Made by a program: the position numbers and the translations under genes
Part shown: piece by piece, positions 1 to 10,516 of the stretch
How the letters are laid out: the number at the start of each line of letters is the position of its first letter
Position numbering within the stretch: position 1 is the stretch's first letter
Notes under the pieces: generated by a model
Told to the model about the DNA's origin: nothing
The model's input: the letters and a program-made list of their open reading frames with translations, nothing else
The model's database searches: none
Source of the DNA: Prorocentrum cordatum
Taxonomy: Eukaryota
Assembly (NCBI GenBank): GCA_963575745.1
Contig: CAUYUJ010000064.1
Coordinates: forward strand, 62,001 to 118,813
Reading direction: 5' to 3'
DNA length: 56,813 bases

Positions 1-59
1 CTGCACCTCGTCCACTCCTGGCAGCTGCCGCGCCCGCCGCGCCGCGCGCGGCTGCTGCT

Positions 60-1400
60 TCGCGCCTCCTCTGGCGTCAGCGCTTGCTGCCGCGGCTGCC
101 GCTGGCTGGGTCGCGTGGTGGATCTGCTCCTCCAAGCGGTCCTTCCAGTCGTCGCGGTTGATCGTGGCCTGTTCAGCGGCTGGTCTCGGCGCGGCTTCTC
201 CGTCATCATCAGCGCTGCGTGCCACATCCACGCGGGGGCTGGGCCGAGCTGCTGCCGCTGCCAGGAGCAGCGCCACGGCCTCGGCCGTGCCGATCCTGGC
301 TCTGCCATCGCCTCCGCTGCTGTCAGGCTGGCCTTCGCTGTTGTGGAGGATCAGCGGCTGGAAGTCGGGGCTGCCCACGCCGCTGAGCCTGAGGAAGGTC
401 CTGGCCATCCGCTGCTAGTCGTCGGTGAGCTCCTGCCCTTGTTGCCGTCGCTCGCGTATTTTGGTGCGCTGGACCTCGCGGAGGGAGACGCTGCGGCCCC
501 ATGCTGTGCGGCACACCTCCTCCGCGAGCTGCTTCTTATAGTCGCAGTAGTCGTCATCGTCCGTCGCGTTGAACAGTCCATGTCCTTGGCCTCCAGCTGC
601 TGCAGCACGAAGGGGACGCACCACTTCAACAACAACTGCTGCTCGTCCAGCTCCTCGTTCCGCAGGAACTCGCGGGGAAGCCATTCAGCTCCGATCAGGC
701 CGATGGTCCTCGTGAGCTCATCGAGGCGGTCCCTGCGCCCTGAAGGCATCGAGCGGGAGCAGGTCCTGGCCGATGACTGTCCTGGGCGGTCCTTCTTGAT
801 GAAGGGGGACTTGGTGACGATGGCGTGGTCCGCAATGACGTGGAGCTCACCCTGGACGAGCTCGATGCTGTCGTCTACGTGGCTGCGAGAACTCCTGTTG
901 AGTACTTCCTTGAGCCTGGCCTCGCGGCGGGCTGCGGCAGCTGCCATGGCCTCTCTGGCCGCAGGGATCCTGTCACGGCCTGCGCGTCTGGGCTGGCGTC
1001 GGGTCCCGCTGGGCGGCGCGCCTTACACTGTGGTTTGCCTGCAGGCCCCTGCGCGGGACGCTTGGTCGCATTCCCGCGCGTGTCGGCCTTGGTGCTGACT
1101 GGCGCCTCCGCCTCCGCGGGCGGCTGGTCTGTCTGGGCTTCTCCGTGCTGGGGACCGTGGTCTTGCACCTCAAGCTGGTGTGCAAGTTCGAAGACTGCTG
1201 GGTGCGCCCTGTCGGTGTGGCCCGCTGGCCCCACGGCGGTCTGCATGAGCTGCATGTCGTCTTCCTCCTCGGGTCGGCTGCGCCAGCCTGCTATAATCCT
1301 TCGCCTGGCCTGCACGTTAGCGCTTCGGCGTCGGTGTTCAGCTCCTGGTACTGCTTCGGCTTGGGGCTGGTCGACTTGTTGTGCACCGCGTGTCGGCAGG
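60..1400 (-). pseudogene. Frameshifted intronless coding relic, probably TE-derived
   Basis: Protein-like, GC3-rich segments switch frame repeatedly (EARLKEVLNRSSRSHVDDSIELVQGELHV / TVIGQDLLPLDAFRAQ / DRLDELTRTIGLIGAEWLPREFL...KWCVPFVLQQLE / FNATDDDDYCDYKKQLAEEVCRTAW), and there is an internal stop. Confidence 0.35.
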
Positions 1401-2508
1401 TCCGTCGCTGCTGCTTCCTCGGCGGTCCCTGCCTGGCTGGCTGGGGAGGAGGAGGAGGAGGAGGAGGAGGAGGAGGAGGAGGAGGGGGAAGGAGAGGATT
1501 GAGGGAGGCGGCACATGATAAAGAGGAGAAATGGGAAAGGAGACGATCCCCGACCCCCCCAGACCCTCCGCGCCAGGCCTTGCCGGTCGCGCAGAAGCCG
1601 CACTTGAACGCGCAACCTACCTTCGGAGGGCACGCCATCGCGGCCCCATCCCCTTCCGCATCCCCCTACTTACCCTCCCCCTCTCCGCCGCCTCCCCTTC
1701 CTCGACAATTGCATACGATGAACACTCCTCTTCCCCCTGACTCTGTACGGAAGATGTTCGGTCCTCTGTGTAGTGTGTTTTCACAGAGGATGTCAACAGT
1801 TACTTCTTCCTTATGGTCTTAGGATCCGATTGCTCTCGGTGTTTCAACATGGTGTTCCCGCTGCAGCGTGGGCTTCATTCTCGGATCGGCGCATTGCTCC
1901 CACCGTTCAGAGTGTGCTCTCGCCCCAGCGCGGGATACTTCTCTGGATCCGAATCCTTCTTCATCGTTGTCGCCCCCCTCATCGCCCCTCCTCCGCCTTC
2001 CCCTGGTCCTCCTGCTCCTGCCACTCGTTCCGCTCCAGCTGCTGCTGCTGCTGTTCGTCCTCGCCCTCCTTCCTCATCCACGAGTCCCAAATAAACCGTG
2101 ATGAAATCCTCAGCGAGAGCGTGATTCCTGAGTGTCGAGGGCGAGGCGTCTGAATAAATTCTTCTTCGCGAGAGCGCGACTTCTGTACAAAATGTGAAGA
2201 AGTCCCGCGCGAGAGCACGATGTGGGAATAGATTGTGAGGAAGTATCAAGCGGGAGCCGCTGTTCCTGTAGAGCGGGGGCCTGTGACACAATGTGGTGAC
2301 ACCCCACTTGCCCTTTTCAGGAAACAGCGTGCGAGCCCCGCCCAAGCACTTGACTTGAAAAATACAGTGGTTACCGAAATATGATAGATGATTGGAAAGT
2401 TATGGTTATTGCAAAATCTCGGGTGGTCAACAAGAATTGTTCATTCGGAATGAAAGCTTAAAACAACAAAAACGTGCCAAATGTTGGCCGCGCGTGCGCA
2501 CGCTCGAG

Positions 2509-5500
2509 GAGTCTGGGCCATTCGCCCTCGCACTCTGCCGCGCCGCCCCCTCGACGCCCCCCTGGACTGGCAACCTGCGCTCTCGACAGCCAGGCCCCTT
2601 TCCGCACCCCGCCCCCGACCCCTCCCCGTGCCCCAGGTGGGGCCGTCGGCCTGGCCGCTCCTCCTCCTCCTCCTCCTCCTCCTCCTCCTCCNNNNNNNNN
2701 NNNNNNNNNNNNNNNNNNNNNNNNNNNNNNNNNNNNNNNNNNNNNNNNNNNNNNNNNNNNNNNNNNNNNNNNNNNNNNNNNNNNNNNNNNNCCTCAGCCT
2801 CATCCTCATCCTCATCCTCATCCTCATCCTCATCCTCATCCTCCTCCCCCCCCTCCTCGTCATCCTCATCCTCCTTCTCCTCCTCCTCCTCCTCCTCCTC
2901 CTCCTCCTCCTCCTCCTCCTCCTCCTCCTCATCCTCATCCTCTTCTTCCTCATCCTCCTCAGAGGCTGGAGAGCGGTTAGCCCGCTCCGTCCTTGCTCCT
3001 CACCCCCCTATTGTGCATCGTGCTGCGCCCACCTCGGGATCCGCCCCCCCACGGATCGGCAAGCAAGGAAGGGAAGCAGGAGAAGGCGGCGGAGGAAGAG
3101 GCGGAGGAGGAGAAAGGGAGAGGCGGAGGAGAAGGAGGAGGAGGAAGAGAAGGCAGGAGGAAGAGGAGGCAAGAGGATAGGCGAATGTTTTAGCAGGGGT
3201 TAGGGGGGGTGCTCGAGGAGCCGGCTGAACCCCAGGAGGCCCCAAGCAGGGAAGCGGAAGGAGGCAGGAGGCAGGGAGGGAGGGAGGGAGGGAGGGAGCA
3301 GGGAGCAGGGAGAGCGAAGCAGGCTCTGGCCAAAGTGCAGGGCGACAGGCCCGACGGCCCCTGCCAGCCTTGGGCGGGGAGGACGCCCCGCTGAGGCTGC
3401 CCTGCTGCGGCGCGTGTTCCAGCACTGAAGTGGACGTCTCACAAGCTCTGCTTGCGGATCTTGGACCAGAGATGAGAAAATAGTCACCAAATACGCACGA
3501 AAAGCCCAAAAATATGCACACATCGTCCCCGGACTATGTGTTGACACTGGGTTTGAAGGCTCCTCCTGTCGAGGGGCAGGCACGCCTCAGTGCTCGCGTG
3601 CGGACGCACCTCCTCGGAGCCGCGACTCGGGCCGTGGACGTGCCTCGAGCGCCGGGGCCCCCCGCCACCCCGCGCGCGGCGCGCCCGTCCCCCCCCCCCC
3701 CTCGGCCAGGAAGCGAGGCGCCGCCTGCACCAGGCACGTGTGCGTATACTTCTTTTTGGTCGCGGCCGCGCAGCAGAAGACAGGCGGCGAGAGGGGGTCC
3801 GGGGCATGGGCCAGCGTAATTACGTGTGCGTATACGCAAAGGCTGGGTGCGGCAGTGCGCCGTGCTGGGGCGCGGCGCTGTGGGCGCCTGGCGTTGGGTC
3901 GGGCATGTACCCCTACAGGCTGGTTTTGAAGGGAACATGCCCAAGAGTCAAAAGATACTCGGAAATGGTCTTGAAAGTAAGGGAGAAATCGTCCCCCGAC
4001 TAGTTGTTTGCCTATGTCTGACTAGTCCTCCTGTAGAGGGACACGCCCGACTCCAGCCTGGCAGCAGTTGGCGGATGCAAGACTCCAGCACAGGGCTGGA
4101 TCTGAACGTCGTTGTTCGTTGTGTTGTCGCTTTGTTTTGCGCTTTGCTCTGTACTGCGGGCAAGATTTATGTTCATATCCAGTGCGCCTTTGATTTTTTG
4201 GAAGGGGCGCCACAAGGCCGAGGTGCACTGGACATGGATAAAAATCGAGCCTCCAGAGGGCAAAGTCATCCATATCCAGTGCGCCTCGGGCTTCTCGGGA
4301 AGGGAGCCCGAAACTCCATACTGCAGTGGATATGGACAGAAGTACTGCTCGCATCTACATGTTCTCCTGCACATCCCTGCCAAAACGAAAAACGAGACAC
4401 GGCCGAGGTCCAGCAAACCAACTGTTGGGTCCAGCCCTGCTCCGGCACGTGCCCTTGCCCGGCGCGGCCCTCCCGCGCTGTGCTGCCGCGGCTGGGGAGC
4501 ACGCGAGCGCCACGGACGAGGAACCGAGGAGCCGAGGAGCCGAGGGAGCCAGGGCCCAGGAGCCGAGGAACCGAGATCCTCCCCCCTGGCCCAGGAGAGC
4601 GTGACTGTCGTGGCGCCGCCTGCGACGAGATGCACAGCGACCGGTGCGTGCGGAACTGCAGCGACACCGCCTCAACCCGTGCGTCGTCCTGGCGCAGACA
4701 AGCGACAAAGATCTGGTGGGCAACAGGGGCTGGCGGCTACACGGGAGACCGACCCTGGGAAGGAGTGACCTCGGGTGCGCGGTTTCGGGAGGCCGCGGCG
4801 AGGCCAAGCCCACGGGCGCGAGCTGGGAGGACCCCTATGGGCCCGCACCAGAGGTCACTCTGGCAAAGGGTCACTCCTTCGCGTAGCCGAAGCCGAAGCT
4901 ACAACTACCCAGACATCTGGCGTCCATGTTTGCTCGGCAGACCTGAGCCCCCCCATTCCCCTGAGGCCGGCTTCTCATCATCTGTACTTCTTCGAGCCGC
5001 CAGACGCCTCGGTACCCTCACCACCTCAGGTTTGGCAGGGGGTGGGGGGTCGATCAGCATCTGCTCTCACCCGTCCGCCCTGCACGAAGTTTCAGCCGTC
5101 GTCGTCGTCGCCGTCGTCCTCGTCGTCGCTGTCGTCGATAGGGGAAACACAGAATGGCATAAACAGAAAAACTCGGAGGTCCGCGCGGATTTCTCGGATC
5201 GGCGCTGGACCCCCTCCCTGGCGCGCGGGGCGCGCCAGCGGGGTCAGGCGCGGCTCCGAGAAATCCGCGCGAACCTCCGAGTTTCGATGTTTGTGGCATG
5301 CTTCGCCCTCCCCTCTCGTGCCATCGCTCGGACGTCCACTTCCTGTGCATTTGTCGGTTTCGTGCGCCTTTTTTTGTTGCTCGCTGGTCCAGGATGGTCC
5401 TCGATGGCTCTCGCCGAGAAAAAAATGCACACGTCCGAGCGATGCCAGGCTATCGTCGTCGCCGCCGTCGAGGCTCGAGGCGCGCAGATCGGAGGCTGAA

Positions 5501-6974
5501 GATCGAGGCTCTCGGGCGTCTCTGTGGTCCTCCCCGGGGCCCCCCCGGGGCGGCTTGCGCGGAGGCCTCCCGGCGCGGACCTCCGGAGACCCCTCCAGGG
5601 AACGGCCGTACGCTGAGGTCGGGCACGTCCTCCTGCAGGCGGACGTTGGACGAAAAATGAAGCATAGTCAGATAAATACACTTTTTTGATTCGCGGGTCG
5701 AGAGCGCATAGTCAAAATACACACACGCAAACACACACACACACAAAAAAAAAAAAAAACTACATTAAACGTCCCCCGACTATGTTATTTACTACTTTGG
5801 AATATTCCTCCTGTAGAGGGACATGCCCGACGTAAGCGTACCCCCACCCCCCGAGGGGCCCCCAAGCTGCGAGGAGCAGGCTTCCTTGTCAGTTACTGCG
5901 CGTCTTCACTTTCAAGCGCAAGGCGTGCTTCCGAGCCTGCTGTTCTTCCTCGGCTCGCTTGTCTCAGCGGAGGAGATGTGTAATCGTTCCAGAAAGGCAG
6001 CACGATCTCTTACAGAACGCCCGACACCCCAACACGGCGTGACCGCGTGCTGTCAGGTCAGCCAGTCCCTTCTGACCGCGCTTCTTCGGCATGTAGCTGT
6101 GTCACAGAAGCGAAAAGCCAAGATGCATCGAAGATGCTTCCAGAAGCCTTCAAGATGCCTCGGATTGCCCAGGTGACCTCCGAGACGGTCCAGATGCCCT
6201 TCCTGCTCGCCCACGGCGGCCTCCAAGATTGCCCCCCGCGGCCAAAACAAAAGTCAATTACGAACGACATTCGATGTGTCTTGCCAATCGCGCGTTGCCC
6301 TGGGGCCCCGAGATTGCTGCAAGATGCCAGATTGATCCAAAGTGGCCCTGACAATCCCCCAGATGCTCTCAAGAACTCCCAGGACGGCTCATCCGGACCC
6401 TGAGGTGGCCCAAAAGGAAGGAGGAAAAAAAAACTAGGCGACACCAAGAATACCCGTGCCTGTCCTCTCCCTTACCATCCCTCTCCCCTCCCCCTGATCC
6501 CCAATCCGCCGACCGCCCCCAGACCCACTCCGCATTCCCGCATCCCTTCATCCCCCTCCCACCTGGGAAGAAAGGGGACGCGCCCAGAGTATGAAGACAC
6601 GGGACGACCCCAAGATGGTCTTGGGAAGGCCCCGAGATGGCCCGAGATTATAGAAAATACGCCGACACGGCCCTGAAAGGCCCAAGATAGCCCCAAGCAA
6701 TGAGCTTCACGCACATGCCCGACCCGACGGCCCCCAAGACACGAACCCGTCAGTGGGTGGGCCGACGGCTGAGAGCGAAACCCTCCTGTTAGAAACGCCT
6801 GAAAGAAGAGGCGCGGTTTTGCCATACCACGCCGCGCTCTCGGCTGACCTGGCAACTGCTACAGGGCGCGGCGCTCCCTCAACACAACAAATGGAGAAGG
6901 ACTACTTCGCCGCACGCCTGTTCCAGCGCCGCGGCTCGCACTTCGGTCAGACGTCGCGGGTTGCGCGAGGCTGA
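2509..6974 (+). CDS. Multi-exon gene of unknown function (partial model; 5' end and micro-exons uncertain)
   Basis: Phase-consistent GC3-rich exons: 4408-4444 (VQQTNCWVQPCS, GC donor), 4595-4762 (GERDCRGAACDEMHSDRCVRNCSD...RPWE, GA donor) and 4854 or 4869-5029 (...SLLRVAEAE...HHLYFFEPPDASVPSPPQ, GT donor). Candidate upstream exon 2509-2593 and terminal exon 6900-6974 (DYFAARLFQRRGSHFGQTSRVARG*). No domain recognised. Confidence 0.45.
2692..2791. other. Assembly gap (100 N) within a CCT microsatellite
   Basis: Run of N. Confidence 0.99.
3894..4055. mobile_element. MITE family A
   Basis: TIR GTCGGGCRTGTCCYCCTRCAGG / CCTGYAGRGGGACAYGCCCGAC; 8-bp TSD GCCTGGCG/GCCTGGCA. Confidence 0.75.
5140..5315. 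mobile_element. TIR element family B copy
   Basis: 30-bp inverted repeat with one mismatch, 5169-5198 versus 5255-5284 (AAACTCGGAGGTCCGCGCGGATTTCTCGGA). Same core as 9123-9275; outer ends approximate. Confidence 0.7.
5614..5835. mobile_element. MITE family A
   Basis: Same TIRs and internal ACTACTTTGGAATATTCCTCCTGTAG; degenerate 8-bp TSD CCGTACGC/GCGTACCC. Confidence 0.75.
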
Positions 6975-7288
6975 GACCTCCGTGGAACGGAAACGCCTCT
7001 GACTTGGGCAGAACGTCGCCGCACGGGCGCCGCTGGGAATTAGGCTTAAAACGCGTCGAGATTCCCTATACTATCCTATACGGTCCTCTCTTCAGAGGCG
7101 CAGGTGAACATCAGCTCGACCATGCATATGAACGGTTCGTTAACATCTGTACGAGATACCCAGCCAATCTAGTCGTATATACACCAGTGCCTGCGTCCCA
7201 CGAGTGTAGCTCGCGCACATGCACAAAGGAGCAGCTCGCACGGCTATCGAGCAGGCTGCGCAGCCGCGTGCGGTCGTGCACTCGCCGC

Positions 7289-10200
7289 TCAGCGCGCGCG
7301 AGCGGAGAGATCGGCGCCAAGGAGGTGCGCGGAGGACAGAGCCAGCACCGAGTACGTCCTGACTACCTACCAGACCACCCCAACCCAACCCGAAGACCCG
7401 AATTTCGGGTTGGGGGGGTAAGGGTTCCACAGGTGTTTTTTCTATGTTTCCCGACCCCCCCCCACTGGAAATCGAGGGTAAATCTGAGCCTTCGGGTTGG
7501 GTTGGGGTGGTTTGGTGGGTGGTGACATCCTCAGGAGTAAGGGCATCGCATCGCACCAGAGACCCTGAGCACGGCCGACAGCCACTTCCCGCCGGCGCCG
7601 AGGCGCCGCAGCCGCTGCGGGACGGAGGACAGCTCGCGGCAGAGCCAGTCCGCGGCCGAGCACAGCAGCACCTGCTGGGTGCTCGCTACAGGGCAGTTTT
7701 GAATACATAGGATGTTTTTTTTTTTTAAACTTGTTTTTTTTACAAAAAAAAAGTGAATAAATATATGCATGAACTCATCGCTGTGTTTAATACTAAATCC
7801 CTGCATTTGTAATGCATGATCCGCACACGGAGCATGTATTAAAAACGGCACTGTACCCATCGGTCGGAAGAAGCAGGCAGAAACATGAAGCAGGAAGGCG
7901 GACAGAGCAGACTGGGCTCGGGCCCGCCCAGGCGAGCAACGAGACGCGGCAGAAGCAGACACCGACTCTCGGAGCAGGAAGGCGCTGGAAGCAGATGGGG
8001 TTCTGGGAATTCCGAGGACACGCACCGCTTCCAAGGACCGATGGGCAACGCGGGGGGCAGGCAGCGCGGGGTGAAAGAGCGTGCGCCTCTCGTGCACCTG
8101 TTGGGTCCCGCGGTGGCAGGCTCCCCCTAGAACGTGGCTTGGTGAAACGACCTCGGGCCCGCACCTGGCGGGCGCAAGCCTGGAGCATGCCAGACGCGGC
8201 GCCCTCCTCGAGAACCGACAGCGGGCAGCTCACTGATCGACGTGTCGGTCGGGGGCGCGCGAACAAGGATTAGCGATCCATAGACTTGGCGCGCGGTCGC
8301 TAGATCCATGGATCGGGGGAGGTGCCCTCGCCAGAATGCGGCCGATGCCGCCTCGCTCGGCGGTGGAAATCCGCGACTTCCCACGGACACGGGGCCCGTC
8401 GCTAAACCACGCCCCCTGGATCCATGCTTGCGATCGCCCGAGTCGGGGCGGGGATTGTCTGTCCACCCCCGAAGCTCAGGGGCCACACTCGGGGCCCACG
8501 CCGGAGCCGCCTCCCTCGGCAGTCCTCGACATCCCCCACGCTCTCATGGCCTCCTCTCTGGCGAGGAGGAAGAGGGTCCCGATGGAAACAGGGCCTGGAC
8601 CCCGTGGCCCTCCCCCAGGACCAGCTCTTCATCCCTGAGTCGTTCTCTGACGGTCCCAGGGCCCGTGGAGGGCTCCCTTTCTTCTCCGTATCCGAATCAA
8701 GCAAAATCCTCGCGGCCGTGCCTGGTCGTGAGCCCAGAGACGGCGAAAAAAAACGTCGGGGCCCGCTCCGCTCGGAACCCGCTGCCCCCTTGGCGATGCC
8801 CCAGCGCTGCCGCCCGAACCTGGAGGCGCCCCGCTGCGGTCTCGGGCCGGTGCGGCACGGGGCGCAGCGCGTCCCAGGGCACCAGGGCCTCCAGGCCGGG
8901 CACGGCCATGCTGCGCAGCAGCCGCCGCGCCTGCTGCGAGTGGGCGATGCCGTCGAAGAGCGCGGTGGCGTCGGCCACCTCCGTGGCCCGCAGGAGCGCG
9001 TCGCTCCCGGGGTGCAGCGGGGTGAACTCCGTCACGTCGTAGACGCCGTAGGCGCGCCGCGTCCGGCGGCAGATGGCGCCACGGCAGGCGCACCGCGGCT
9101 GGTCCAGGTGCCACGGCACACCTGGAGGAACACGAAACGGCAGCATGATCTCTCGGAGGTCCGCGCGGGCTTCGCAGATCGGCGCTGGAGGCGCCGCCAG
9201 GGGGGCCCAGCGCCGATCAAAAAAAATCCGCGCGGATATCCGAGAAACGTTGTTGATGCCGTTTTTGCTTCTCGAACACCGTAGTCTGGCCAATCGCACC
9301 CCATGGCGCACACCGCGTTCATGCGGACCAGCCGCCGTCCAGAGCGCTCCTGCGCCAGCTGGAGCCAGTCCCGCTCGAAGTCGAAGAAGTGCTCCTTCCA
9401 CGTGCGCCCTTCTCGCGGGACTGGCAGCTCGTCGTCGAAGAGGGCCCTCAGCACGGCGCCGTTGCGGAGGGTCAGCAGCGCCTTCCAGACTGCCTCCTCG
9501 CGCCGGCGCACGGAGCGCGGAGGGCAAAGGGGGAAGAAGCCCTGGTCAGAGGGCGGCGGGGCTTCTCAGAAGCCCCCCGGCCTTCTGAGAAGCCCCCTGT
9601 GGCTTCGGGAAAAATCCCAGAAAGCCTCTCAGGAGGCCCGAGGCCTGCTGAGCCTTGTGTTAAGGTCCGCCCCCCCCCCCAAGAGGGACGAAACGCTGCA
9701 CCAGCCCAAACTTGTCGAGGTCCGCGATGCCTTTTCTTGGATCGGCGCTGGGCACCCTTCCTGGCGCGCGGAGCGCGCCGGCGGCGGCGCCGGAGAGCCG
9801 GAGAACCAGGGGGCTCCCTCGCCAATCCAGGAGAAATCCGCGCAGATCTCCAACAGTTCATGCTTGTGTACTTTCAGGTCGGGCGTGTCCCCCTACAGGC
9901 CGATGTTGGACGAAAATCAAAAAAAAAATGTCCAAAAATACACCGGAATGACCAAAAATAGTGGGAAGTCGTCTCCGGACTATGTTTGTTACTACTTTGG
10001 AATATTCCCCCTGCAGAGGGACAGGCCCGACTTCATGCTCGTGTACTTGCTTGTTCCCCGACCCTCCCTCGGCGCGCCGCAGTGCCGGCGACGAGGGAGG
10101 GTCGGCGCAGACCGCGACGAGGGCAGGTCTGGGGATGGGGGGCTCCCCCGAGGGCCTAAGAGGACGGACGGATGCCCCCCCCCCCCCGCTGTCGTGCTCT

Positions 10201-10441
10201 CTGCCGCGACGAGGGCAGGTCTGGGGAGAGGGGCAGACCGGCGGGGCAAGGATTGGCGGCGCGCGCAAGGGGGCAATTATGGTTAAGTCGGGCCTGTCCC
10301 CCTGCAGGGGGATTTTCGAAGGAGATTTTCGACGAAATATATATATATATATATACATACATACATACATACATACATACATGCATGCATACATGCATGC
10401 AAACATACATACATACATACATACATACATACATACATACA

Positions 10442-10475
<34 letters not shown>

Positions 10476-10485
10476 ATATATAATG

Positions 10486-10516
<31 letters not shown>

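Noticed and set aside
4836..4880. Walker A-like GHSGKGS suggesting a helicase
   Set aside because: The spacing is wrong, there is no Walker B context, and half of it overlaps an inverted repeat that is probably intronic.
5239..5248. Micro-exon CGGGGTCAG
   Set aside because: It lies in the loop of a family B element and does not start with G like the other exons.
3826..5499. 557-aa ORF as a single gene
   Set aside because: It runs through MITEs and predicted introns; only parts look exonic, and in different frames.
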